Shown piece after piece: positions 38,262-49,472 of a stretch of 64,000 nucleotides of DNA. The translations under genes and the position numbers were made by a program. The DNA comes from Octopus bimaculoides (taxonomy: Eukaryota). Within the stretch, counting starts at the first letter, position 1, and each line of letters opens with the position of its first letter. Below the pieces are notes generated by a model. The model made no database searches, had not been told where the DNA came from, and was given only the letters and a program-made list of their open reading frames with translations. The stretch is from assembly GCF_001194135.2 (NCBI RefSeq), contig NC_068986.1, positions 7,124,794 to 7,188,793 of the forward strand, in the 5' to 3' direction.

Positions 38262-38519
38262 GTTTTAGGGAAAATAACCAAGTTTCAAGAACTCATCAAT
38301 ATATTTTATATATAAAATATATATAAATATATATATATATATAAAACTATATATTTTNNNNNNNNNNNNNNNNNNNNNNNNNNNNNNNNNNNNNNNNNNN
38401 NNNNNNNNNNNNNNNNNNNNNNNNNNNNNNNNNNNNNNNNNNNNNNNNNNNNNNNNNNNNNNNNNNNNNNNNNNNNNNNNNNNNNNNNNNNNNNNNNNNN
38501 NNNNNNNNNNNNNNNNNNN

Positions 38520-38548
<29 letters not shown>

Positions 38549-38552
<4 letters not shown>

Positions 38553-38775
38553 GTAAATAATGTGACAATTATTCAGTAGCCATGATAAAACTCTGAGTTT
38601 CGGATGCCAGGACGGAAACACACGCAACCATCTCCTCAGTTATCTGGCCATCGAAAAAAATGCTATGAAAATGGCCAGATAACTGAAGAGATGGTGGTGT
38701 GGGTTTCTGCCCCGACATCCGAAACTCGGACTTTTATCATAGCTACCGAATAATTGTCACATATTATTTACAGAT
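38549..38775. ncRNA. ~227 bp palindromic element; each arm folds as a type I minimal hammerhead ribozyme (one per strand)
   Basis: Arms 38549-38651 and 38671-38775, 12 substitutions plus one 2-nt indel by hand alignment, 19-nt spacer. Plus arm: TGGCCAGATAA-CTGAAGA-GATG..CATC-C-GAAA-CTCGGAC-TT-TTATCATAGCTA. Minus arm: CTGAGGA and CTCAGAG variants. Confidence 0.7.
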
Positions 38776-39289
38776 AAATTCCTCTATTTACATAATATCC
38801 AGGTCTCTTTCTTTCTTTTGTTGTCTTACCTTTTCTATCAATATGTATATGTGTATATATATATATATATGCATGCATGCATGCATGTAATAAACAAATG
38901 ATAAGTAGGTTGGTATACTTATATGCATACCCACTTCTGTATCCACACATGGTATGGACTGAAAAGCGAAATAAAAGGATATATGTACCAAACTTGTATT
39001 TACAAACCTGGTGGGGCTGTCCAGCTTAGCAGCTGCAGTTAAGCCTTCTTACTCATTGGCAGCATGGGAAACGGATGCTTCATAATTATGATAATTATAC
39101 ATGAGAGAGGGAGCAGCTTCTGGTGTTCACATTGGTACAGTCATAAGGTGATTAGGATATGAAGACAAGGCAGGTTGATGTTCACTGATAGTTACCGAGA
39201 TATTTAAAATAGCTAGTAAAATAGGTCAGTGGCTAGTTAGAGAGTGAATGAAGTAGTAAAGAAAGTTGAAATGCCTTTATGACATGTGT

Positions 39290-42200
39290 AGAATATCATT
39301 GTAATTGTAAGGTTGATACAGTGAAGACAAGCAACTGCAGAGATATCTGGTTGTTGGAGCAGGTCATGGCAATTTACTGAAAGAGTTTTAGTACAAATGA
39401 ATTAGTCTGGAATTTGTACTGGAAAGAGGGACTACTGATGTTATCTTAGTGAGAGAACTGCAGGTGAGGTATATGGTTGGGAAGACGCTACTATACCTAG
39501 CCTTTATTAAACCAGAGTTGTTCTTTGACATGGTCTGTAGTCTGATGCTTACAAAGGAAACGAGGGATAGATAAATGGCTTATGAAAGCTGTGTAAGCCC
39601 TTTATTGATGTGTAGTTATTAAGAGAGTTAGCAATAGGTTTAGTGACTAATTTAGTGTGCAGATAGGAGTCCTTGAGGGCTCAGTACTTTGTTCCCTCCT
39701 GTTCATTATAGTCTTCCAAGCCATAATGGAGGAATTTAAGATCAGCTGTTCATGCAAACTTTTATATATGCTTATGACCTAGTTCTTATGAATTTGGGGA
39801 AGATTTTGAAAGTTCAAATATGAAAATAAAATCTAAAATGAAATGGCCCCAAAATGAGCTTAGCAAACACTAACGTATTAGCAGGAAAGAAGACAGGACT
39901 CTGCTTTTGATTAGGGAAATGTTTGTGTCTTTTCTTATGCAGAAAAAGCAGTAGAAATTTTATATTGCACCCCATGTGGACTGTGGCTGCACAAAGGGTG
40001 TAGTGAAATTGTGGTTCAGCTGAAAGTTTAAGGTAAACCTTGTATGTGGTAGATATACAGAATTAGTTTTTAGTGAGAGTACCATAAAAAGATATTTTTG
40101 CAGGATATAAACGAGATCAAATATCGTATGCAGGAGGAGACTGCTAGGAGAGATATGTAAAGCATGTAAGTTTTTTAAAGAATTGCCAAGCACACAAAGT
40201 TGATGGAAACTATGGAAGAGGGAACATGAGTAAGACATAGAACAAAGTGATGGAATCTGATCTCAAGAAGCTGAACATTACATAAAATGACAAAAATGTG
40301 CAACAAGCATGAGGCAATGTTAAGCAAGATCTACTGGCATGGCAAAATGGACATTAAAAAAGGGTGTTAGTGATGGATGTTGGGATGTTTATTTATGTTT
40401 AAGACTCTTGCCCCGTTGTGTTTTTATCTGCTGCTCTCTTCCATTTCTCTCTTTCTCTCTCATTACTCACATTTTCTCTTATTCACTGTTTCATACGACT
40501 TGGAACAATCTTAAGAGATGGCATTAGATCATCTAGCTGCATTCAATCTTCCCATCACCATCCTCTGTTGCTCTATTCCTCTTCCATCTGTACTGAGGTA
40601 AGGTTTCACATCTATTTGTATCTCGTAACACCCTACCATCCTCTTCACCCTTCTCTCTCTCTCCCTCCCTCTCTCCCTCTCTCCCTCCCTCCCTCTCTCT
40701 CTCCCTCTCTCTCCCTCCCTCCCCACCCCTCCCTCCCCACTGAAACCTNNNNNNNNNNNNGCGATGGAGTGCCAACAACAACAACATGGGAGTAGGATTT
40801 AGAAAACCTGAGGCAGAATTGGCAGGAGAGATGAATTTCAAAGGAAAGTGGCGAGAAAAAATATTTTAGTTGGAAGCAACTTTATAGTAAAGGGTATTAA
40901 AATTGAAGAGGAAAGATTATGATGAATAACAAGATGGTGAAAATTAAACAGGATGGTTGATATAGAAAATGGATTCATCATCATCATCATCATCATCATG
41001 GCTATAGATCAGTGGTTCCCAAACTAGGAATTGCAACCCACTGATGGGTCGTGAACGGAGTCCTAGTGGGTCACAAAAAGTTATAAAATTATGCATTAGC
41101 TTTGATTAACTGCTATCGAGATAGTTCAAGACTCATGTTTTCAATACCAGACTGGTTGTTTTATCAAGCATTAGGCTTTTTTAATTCTATTATTGAGCGT
41201 AGCAAGAAACAGGCTCCTTCTTCTCACAGGCCTCAATGAAAATGTAATCTGAAATATATTTGTTTCTTTCATTAATGTTTTTACCCAGTAGAGTTAAGTG
41301 GGTCGCCATAAACTGGTGTCGTAAATAGTGCGTCGCGTCTCTAAAAAGTTTGGGAACCACTGCTATAGATAATACTACAGATAATAAAAAAAATGGAGGG
41401 AAGAATTTTAAGAGGGGATTGGGGTATACAGGTGATCAAAGGTGTGTTAAAGTCTGAAAATATGGAACATAATTGAACAGTAGTTTTACATCTCAACTAT
41501 GGATGGTGTATAGGCAAAATAATAGATAGAAAACAGAAACTGCTTGTGAAACTGGAATGAACTGGATGGAGTTGGGATAAATCTTGGATTTATGAGGGTG
41601 AAATGATGAGACAGTTGAAAAAATATAAATGGTGGCAACCAAGTGGAATGAAAAGGTTTTAACCTGATATGTAGAGTATGGAATCATGTGAGTAAATAAA
41701 TATATGAAAGGAAGATGTGTTGGAGCCATAAACACAACGGACACACAGGGAAATAGATTTTCTTAAATCTCTGGAGGCTTCCTAGAAGCTTTAGAAAGTT
41801 TCTGTTACCTAAGTGACCTAATTAGCAGTGGAGGAGGATGTTGTGAAAGTATAGGGTTAGATTATGAATAGGGGGCAAGTTCAGAGCTGTTGTCTCTGTT
41901 GGCTACAAAAGGTCTCAGAGTGAAAGGCAGATTATATGATGCTTGTGCATGGACAGCAATACCACATGGTAGTGAGATGTGAGCCCTGAATACAGAGGAC
42001 ATGTGTAGACTAGAGAGAAGTGAAGTTAGTTTCTCTGTTGGATGTACAATGTTAGTGTGCATGTATAACAAAGTGCAAATGTATTGAAAGAAAAGTTAGA
42101 TATAAGAGGAATCGGATGTAATGTGATTCCTCTTATGTTTGGTCATGTGATGTGTATGGATAAGGACAGTTATATAAAGAAGTGCTGGTCACTTAAGGTC

Positions 42201-42350
42201 GGTGGAAACTGTGGAGGAGTTCCAGGAAGACAAGGGACTAAATAGTGAAGGTAGATCTCAAAATGCTGAGTGTCATGGAGAATATGACAAAGGACTGGGA
42301 AGATTGCAATTCATTGTGCTCAAGAAAACCCATCAACCACAGCAAAAATG
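39290..42350 (+). mobile_element. Old, heavily decayed RTE LINE RT/C-terminal remnants (39290-40350 and 41730-42350) with intervening insertions
   Basis: Degenerate matches to 61300-62700 (ggtactgatg..gagagaactgcagg, gacctaattagcagtggaggagg, ggcagattatatgatgcttgtg). Confidence 0.6.
41010..41362. mobile_element. hAT (Charlie-type) MITE with perfect 16-bp TIRs and 8-bp TSD
   Basis: TIR CAGTGGTTCCCAAACT / AGTTTGGGAACCACTG; TSD CTATAGAT at 41002-41009 and 41363-41370. Confidence 0.95.
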
Positions 42351-43249
42351 ATGTCCTGAAAGCATTCTGTTTATATTTCTAGCTTATTCTCCTCATTTCA
42401 TTCCCCTAACACCCCCTATCATGCTATCCATGGCACTACTTGGCAATAAAATTGGCACATATTCCTCACCACTTCTTTACCCTCTTCTTTTCCCTGGAAC
42501 CTTCCATCCCTTATTCTCAACCTCCCTCCCTTTCCTACACTATTTTCATCGAACACCTTTCTGCGCCTAGTTCTCCTCTCTACCATACTCTGCTTTATGC
42601 TCTTGCAGGCTTGCTTTTATTCCTAACACCCTCTCATATCCACCGTCCATCATGCCCAACCCACTAAACACACTCTGATCTACCCTCAATCTCCCTCTCT
42701 GTTGCTCCTCCTACACCTTACACATCACCCTCCCCACCTTACAATCTCTCCTCCTTCCTGAGCCACTGCTGTCTCACCCTACTCCCCACTCCATACTGAT
42801 ATTCCCCATCAACTGCACCTCCACCCTTGCACATCACATCCACCTCTACCCAGCTCTCTAACCATCTCTTACTCTCCCGTTGCATTTTTGTGAAACTACC
42901 CTCCCACCTATCCCCTCCACAACTGAGCCCTGACTCTAACTTCTCTTATTCTCAGCCAATTTGAGAATTTGCTGTGGCACACCATCACTAATATCTTACT
43001 TCTTTAGCTTTGTCTTCCCAATTACTACTAATCATCATTGTAATGTGAGGTAGCCATATCTCTCCCCTATAGCAAGGCATTTGTGTTTGACCCGTATCAC
43101 ACTTTAACCTCTTAGCACCTGGATAAAGCTACCCTACTTCCTAATTCTTCTGCACATCCCTACCTTAAGCAGGTGTGTGTGTGTGTGTGTGTGGGGGGCT
43201 TTCTGTTTCCTTTTCTTTTCTCTCTGGCAATGTACTTGGCAACCTCACT

Positions 43250-44030
43250 TGTGCAAGTGGCATGAAAAGAGTATCCAGTACATACTGTGAGGTGGTTGGC
43301 ATTAGGAAGGGCATCCAGTTGTAGAAGCAGACACTGGAGCTCAGTACAACCCTGCAACCTGCTGGATCCTGTCAAATCAGTATGGAGAATGGAGGAGGTT
43401 AAATGATGATATCGCCGCCGTCATCGTCATCGTTTAACGTCCGCTGTCCATGCTAGCATGGGTTGGACGATTTGACTGAGGACTGGTGAAACCAGATGGC
43501 TACACCAGGCTCCAATCTGATTTGGCAGAGTTTCTACAGCTGAATGCCCTTCCTAACGCCAACCACTCTGAGAGTGTAGTGGGTGCTTTTATGTGTCATC
43601 CGCACGAAGGCCAGTCAGGTGGCACTGGCAACGGCCATGTTCAAAATGGTGCATTTCATGTGCCACCCGCACAAGAGCCAGTCCAGGGGCACTGGCAACG
43701 ATCTCGCTTGAAAATCNNNNNNNNNNGAAGGCCAGTCAGGTGGCACTGGCAACGGCCATGTTCAAAATGGTGCATTTCATGTGCCACCCGCACAAGAGCC
43801 AGTCCAGGGGCACTGGCAACGATCTCGCTTGAAAATCCCACAAAGTCCAGCCAGGTGGCACTGGCAACGGTCACGCTCAAATGGTGCATTTCATGTGCCA
43901 CCCACACAAGAGCCAGTCCAGGGGTACCGGCAACGATCTCGCTCGAAAAATTTCATGTGTCGCCCGCACATGAGCCAGTCCAGGGGCACCGGCAACGATC
44001 TTGCTCGAAAAACCTCATGTGTCGCCCGCA
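43250..44030. mobile_element. Tail-to-tail RTE 3' UTR copies (+ 43250-43410; - 43420-44030), the latter with an expanded hairpin-module array
   Basis: Alternating modules aaggccagtcaggtggcactggc... and aagagccagtccaggggcactggc... Confidence 0.85.
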
Positions 44031-44389
44031 ACACATATATACACGCTGACATACATTCAGTATCATGTAATTTTTTCCTTTTCTCTTACTTCTCTCAATC
44101 CTTTTCTTTCTTATCTCCTGGAACATTACATTCTCTTCAGTTTCTTATTTATCTTCATTGTATATTATTTTGGTTGTTGTTTTTACACTTTATATTTCTA
44201 TGCTTTTTCATCACATGCTTTTGCTTGTCTATTGTTTGCTTGTTTTCTCTTTTCTTTATAGTCTTTCTTGAACTATTTTGTGATTTTTATTGATTTATAT
44301 CTTTACACCTATGCAGAATAAATTACCACCATTTTGCAGATTGACCATAGTATATGTATGTGTGTGTATTACTAGAGAAAGAAAAGGTC

Positions 44390-44705
44390 CCCTTCAGTTA
44401 TGAATGATCATGGGGTTGCACTTAGAAATTTCCCCTCCGAGGCACAAGTCTGGGTAAGGTTGTTTTATGGAAGACCAGCAGTCACCCATGCTTACCAGCC
44501 TCCCCTCACCATGCTACTGATGCTCTCCAAGGGAAAACCAAAGGCTGATACAACTTGGCACCAGTGATGTCACAACTCATTTCTACAGCTGAGTGAATTG
44601 GAGCAACATGAAACAAAGTGTCTTGCTCAAGAACACAACACAGCCCGGTTTGGGGAAATGAACTTACTATCTTGTGATTGTGAGCCTGATACTCTAACCG
44701 CTGAG

Positions 44706-44710
<5 letters not shown>
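44390..44710 (-). mobile_element. tRNA-derived SINE family B
   Basis: Minus-strand head ..gctcagcggttagagtatcaggctcacaatcac.. then tgttcttgagcaagacact..cactcagctgtagaaatgagt core. Confidence 0.8.
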
Positions 44711-44746
<36 letters not shown>

Positions 44747-45071
44747 GGCATGCAGCCTAGTGGTTAGGATATTGCACTTCTGATCATTTCATTTCATGTT
44801 ATTCTGCAGCTGGGACAGTGGCAGAGTCACTGGTACATTGACAGAAATGCTTTACAATATATCTTCAGGCTTTCTACATTCAAATCCTATCTGCTTGGAG
44901 ACGGCAATGAAAGGTCACTCCAGTATTCATCCCAAGTCTAATCATGCTGGCTGAAGTTCCAGTAATCTATGTAATGGTGGCTGAGGAGGATATGGACCTT
45001 CCCAGGTCATATAGAGTTCTGGAGAGGGTTCACATGCACTTCTAGGCTATATATATATATATATATATGTA

Positions 45072-45650
45072 TCATCATCATCGTCATCATCATGATTAGT
45101 TGCCCATGCTGGCATGGGCTGGATGGCTTGACTAGGGCTGGATGGCTTGACTAGGGCTGGATGGCTTGACTAGGGCTGGATGGCTTGACTAGGGCTGGAT
45201 GGCTTGACTAGGGCTGGATGGCTTGACTAGGGCTGGTNNNNNNNNNNNNNNNNNNNNNNNNNNNNNNNNNNNNNNNNNNNNNNNNNNNNNNNNNNNNNNN
45301 NNNNNNNNNNNNNNNNNNNNNNNNNNNNNNNNNNNNNNNNNNNNNNNNNNNNNNNNNNNNNNNNNNNNNNNNNNNNNNNNNNNNNNNNNNNNNNNNNAGG
45401 GCTGGATGGCTTGACTAGGGCTGGATGGCTTGACTAGGGCTGGATGGCTTGACTAGGGCTGGATGGCTTGACTAGGGCTGGATGGCTTGACTAGGGCTGG
45501 ATGGCTTGACTAGGGCTGGTAAGCTGGAAGGCCACACCAAACTCCAGTCTGATTTGGCATAGTTTCTACGGCTGGATGCCCTTCCTAACACTAGCCACTC
45601 TGAGAGTGTAATGGGTGCTTTTATGTGCCACTGGCACAACACCAATATCT
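45072..45650 (-). mobile_element. RTE 3' tail copy containing a 19-bp minisatellite (gggctggatggcttgacta)n at 45116-45520
   Basis: Six units on each side of the gap. The unit corresponds to the tail segment gggttggacgatttgactga. Confidence 0.88.
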
Positions 45651-46185
45651 GCACGATGATTTTACTTGGTGAGTCTTATATATATATGCATGTGGCAGTG
45701 TGAATGCAAGCACATGGTTTCAGTTCACTCACATTGCTTGGTACGTTTTGCATGTCTACTGTAGCCCTAGGCCAACCAACACCTTGTAAGTAAATTTGGT
45801 AGACAAAAATTGTAGGAAACTCATCAAATGTGTGTGTGTGTAAATGATATTTCTTTTATTGCTATTAAAGCAAAACAAAGTTGATGTTGACATTTCATCT
45901 GGTTGATCTGAGATTTCAAAAACCCATGAAATGTAAAAATTCTTTATCATGAAAAAGAGTTGAGAATTGAAACAAGAAGTGTATTTGGCTATAAAAATCC
46001 TATCTCAAAGTCAATTCCTGTCCAAGCCATGCTAACAGAAAAACAAATTGTAAACTCTCTCACTATATATATATATATACATAGATCATCATAATCTTTA
46101 TGTCTGCTTTTCAGGCTGGCATGGGTCAGATGGTTAAACAGGATCCAATGAGTCGGTGACCATACCTTGTTCCAATATGTATATA

Positions 46186-47004
46186 CGGGGTGTTCAGGTT
46201 AAATTTGACAATTTTTTTATGTCTCATTTTTTCAGGAACAGCTCGATGTTGATGGTGCTGGAGTGCATAATGATTAAAGTTGTAGTTGAGAAAAAGTTAG
46301 CTAACACGGAGAACTGGAGGCCATTTTAATATTGGAAAAGAGCTACCTGTATCATGATGGTTCATGCTGGATATCAAAATGCCAATGTTATGACTGCTGC
46401 TCAATGCTCTGTGAAGGCTGTGAGACATGACATGACATGAAAATCAAGTTCACTGAACTATGGTGGTCTTTAGGCATATCTCCAGTGAGGGTGACGTCAT
46501 GCTGATCCACATCTTTGACCAGGGCTTTGTGCTCAGTTCAGATGGCTTTGTTAAGCTGCTGGAGATGGTTGCTACTGGAAGACCATATGTGTGGCAGCAG
46601 GACTCAGCTCATTGCCATAGCTCTGGAAAGATTCAGAAGTGGCTCTCAGAGGATTTCACCAGTCCCAGTTTCTGGCCTCCTAATTCCCCCAAATGTAATC
46701 CTACAGATTACTATGTGTGAGGTGTGGTTGAGAAAGACACCAACTGCTCTGCCTGCAACACCAAGTCCAAGCTGATGGCCAAAACCAAAGTGGTGTTTGA
46801 AGATCTTCCTAGTGATACAGTGAGGAACACACGTGCCTGGTCTCAGAGCCATCTTGAGGCCACAGTGGAAGCTGAGGGTGGCTTGTTACCTACCAGTCAT
46901 AATTTAGTTGATATCTTTGACGTGCTAAAATATTTTTATTTTTAGATTGGATATTGTGCTTCCCTTTCCCTTTATGCAAGCTATCATTTAACCCATACAC
47001 CCTG
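46186..47004 (+). mobile_element. Internally deleted Tc1/mariner-superfamily element, maT (DD37D)-like
   Basis: TA-flanked imperfect TIRs cggggtgttcaggttaaat / atttaacccatacaccctg. WQQDSAHCH...FWPPNSPKCNPTDYYV transposase C-terminus. Confidence 0.8.
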
Positions 47005-47414
47005 TACATATATGTATCTATATATATGTATGTATTGCCTGTGTCTCTGTGTTATATGTATATACATACATATATAATTGCATGTTGTGTACATGTATAT
47101 AATGTGTGTGTGTATTTATTTACATGACTATAATACAATTATTCGGATGCTGGTTACCACTGGTTTCATATAAACTTAACTTGATAGTCTACTTCTCATA
47201 TGTTCTGTTCTTTCTTCTTTCTTCACTTCCTTTCTTCCTTCCATTCTTCCTCATCCTCCAGATTTACCTCCCCACTCCTCCTCAATGTCTTCTGTTTCCC
47301 TAAATTTCCCCTTTCTCATCCCTTTATCCTCTGTGAAGTGGTATCTTTATGATCCTGAACCAGATTACTTTCCCTCAGTTACAATTACCACCTTCATTCT
47401 AATGTAGTAACACC

Positions 47415-47710
47415 TTGTCTCGTGCGCATGCGTGGTCATTCGAGATCCAAGTTTGGCGCCCTTATTCATTCTCTTTTCTCGCCGGCTGGTGAAGAGGTCA
47501 GACGTCCAACAGAGCTCTCTCACATGTCAGCACCAGAGCTTCACAAATAACCACGGAAATCATTCAGAAGGCGTCTCAGCAACCAAAGGGCGTAGAGATG
47601 CCTATTTCCTCTGTAAATAAATATTGTTGTGTTGATGGATTGGAGTCTGCGTTTCGTTGTTTCTTCAGAATTTAATGTACGGAAGCGGGTATACACCTAA
47701 TGGTGTATAA
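47415..47710. promoter_or_regulatory. CpG-rich promoter-like island inside WDR37 intron 5
   Basis: 15 CpG in about 270 bp versus about 1 in the preceding 400 bp. NRF1-like TGCGCATGCG 47423-47432, E2F-like TTTGGCGC 47452-47459, ETS-like CGGAAG 47680-47685. Confidence 0.5.
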
Positions 47711-48073
47711 CCACTTTCCTACACTAACTTTGAATTTATCTGTACAGTTTAGACATTATGGTCTTTACTGTTTTTTTAAATTTTATTTTTGAAGACGTTT
47801 TAGATGTTTTAATCTTTATGTTTCACTATCAAACACAGTACAAGGGAAATGATTAAAGCTAATTAATGGACAGAATTATGACTCCTGGCCTTTGCAGTTC
47901 TCCAGATTGAAACGAGCTTCGACTCATTTCAAATGACTTCTTTTTTGCTTAAAATTCAGTTTTCGTCACAACTGTCTGACAAACAGGAATATGAAACTGA
48001 GTAACAGTTNNNNNNNNNNNNNNNNNNNNNNNNNNNNNNNNNNNNNNNNNNNNNNNNNNNNNNNNNNNNNNNN

Positions 48074-49342
48074 GAAACACCTTAAAATTTCAAACAAATT
48101 TATTGTAATACAGGGTAGGACTGCCTTTGGCAGTAATTACAGCTTGAATTCTATGAGGTATGGACTCATACAAAGTTTGAATTGCTTCCAAAGGAATTTT
48201 TGTCCATTCTTCAGCTAAAACAGTCTCCAGTTCTTGTAGTGATGATGGTGAAGGGTATCGACTCCTTATTTGTTTTTCTAAAATGCACCATAAATGTTCA
48301 ATAATATTGAGATCTGGGGACTGTGGTGGCCAGATAAGATGTTCAACTTCACTAGAATGTTCCTTGTGCCATTCAGTAACAACTTTAGCTGTGTGAATTG
48401 GTGCATTATCATCCTGGAAGATTGCATTTTACTCTGGAAACAGGTCTGCAACCGTAGGATAAATTTGATCAGATAAAATGCTTAAATAGACTTAACTATT
48501 AATTCTGCCATGAAGAGAAACCATTGGGCTGGCAAATTTCCAAGATATAGCCCCCCCCCACCCCAGATCATCACAGATCCTCCTCCATGTTTAACAGTTG
48601 GAAGAAGGCAGTCTGTGTCAAATGCTTCTTTTGGCTGTTTCCACGCGTATACTCGGTTGGGGGTCGGAAATAAGGTAAAGGATGANNNNNNNNNNNNNNN
48701 NNNNNNNNNNNNNNNNNNNNNNNNNNNNNNNNNNNNNNNNNNNCTAGGGACCAATTCTGTAGGTTGTTACTCCACTCTAAATGCTTTGCAACATTTGTTT
48801 TTGAAAGTAATTTTTTTCTGATTGCAGCCCTCCCATGAAATCTGGCTTTGTGCAGCTCCCGGTGAACTATTTTTGTGGAAACTGGGTTCTTGAGGTGGTC
48901 TTAAGCTCTGCAGTAATTTTGGGAGCTGTACTTTTGTGATCCTTTCTAACAATTCGTGTAGAGTCTGACGGTCCCTATCTGAAATTTTTGGTTTTCTTCC
49001 AGAGTCTTGTTTCGACGTCGAGGTTTTTTCCTCTTTCTCAAAGGCTGTCTTTACTATCAAGATAGTGCTTCTTGATTCACCAAACATTTCGGCTGTTTTC
49101 TTTATGCTAGCGCCTGCCATTTGACCTCTTTGAAAGTCCGATAGATCTGTCGTTTTAATGAATTTTAATTACCTTTTTCTGATGATATCTGAAAAGAAAC
49201 AGCAATTTTAGCAAAACATATTAAGCAACACTAGTAATAAATTAAAAAGTATAAAAATAAACAAGTGTTTGACAGTTATATAGATATTTCAAAATGATGA
49301 TGCTATGATGTTAGGGATTTCCATTATTTTGTCCAAGCCTTG
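48074..49342 (-). mobile_element. Tc1-family transposon, same family as 19401-20565 (partial duplicate at 49705-49897)
   Basis: TIR reverse complement caaggcttggacaaaataatggaaatcc followed by TA. WKQPKEAFDTDCLLPTVKHGGGSVMIWG. Confidence 0.92.
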
Positions 49343-49404
<62 letters not shown>

Positions 49405-49414
49405 NNNNNNNNNN

Positions 49415-49472
<58 letters not shown>

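Noticed and set aside
43600-44030. Repeat-spacer-like periodicity suggestive of a CRISPR array
   Set aside because: The intervening sequences are themselves repeated modules of an RTE 3' UTR, there are no unique spacers or cas genes, and the context is eukaryotic.
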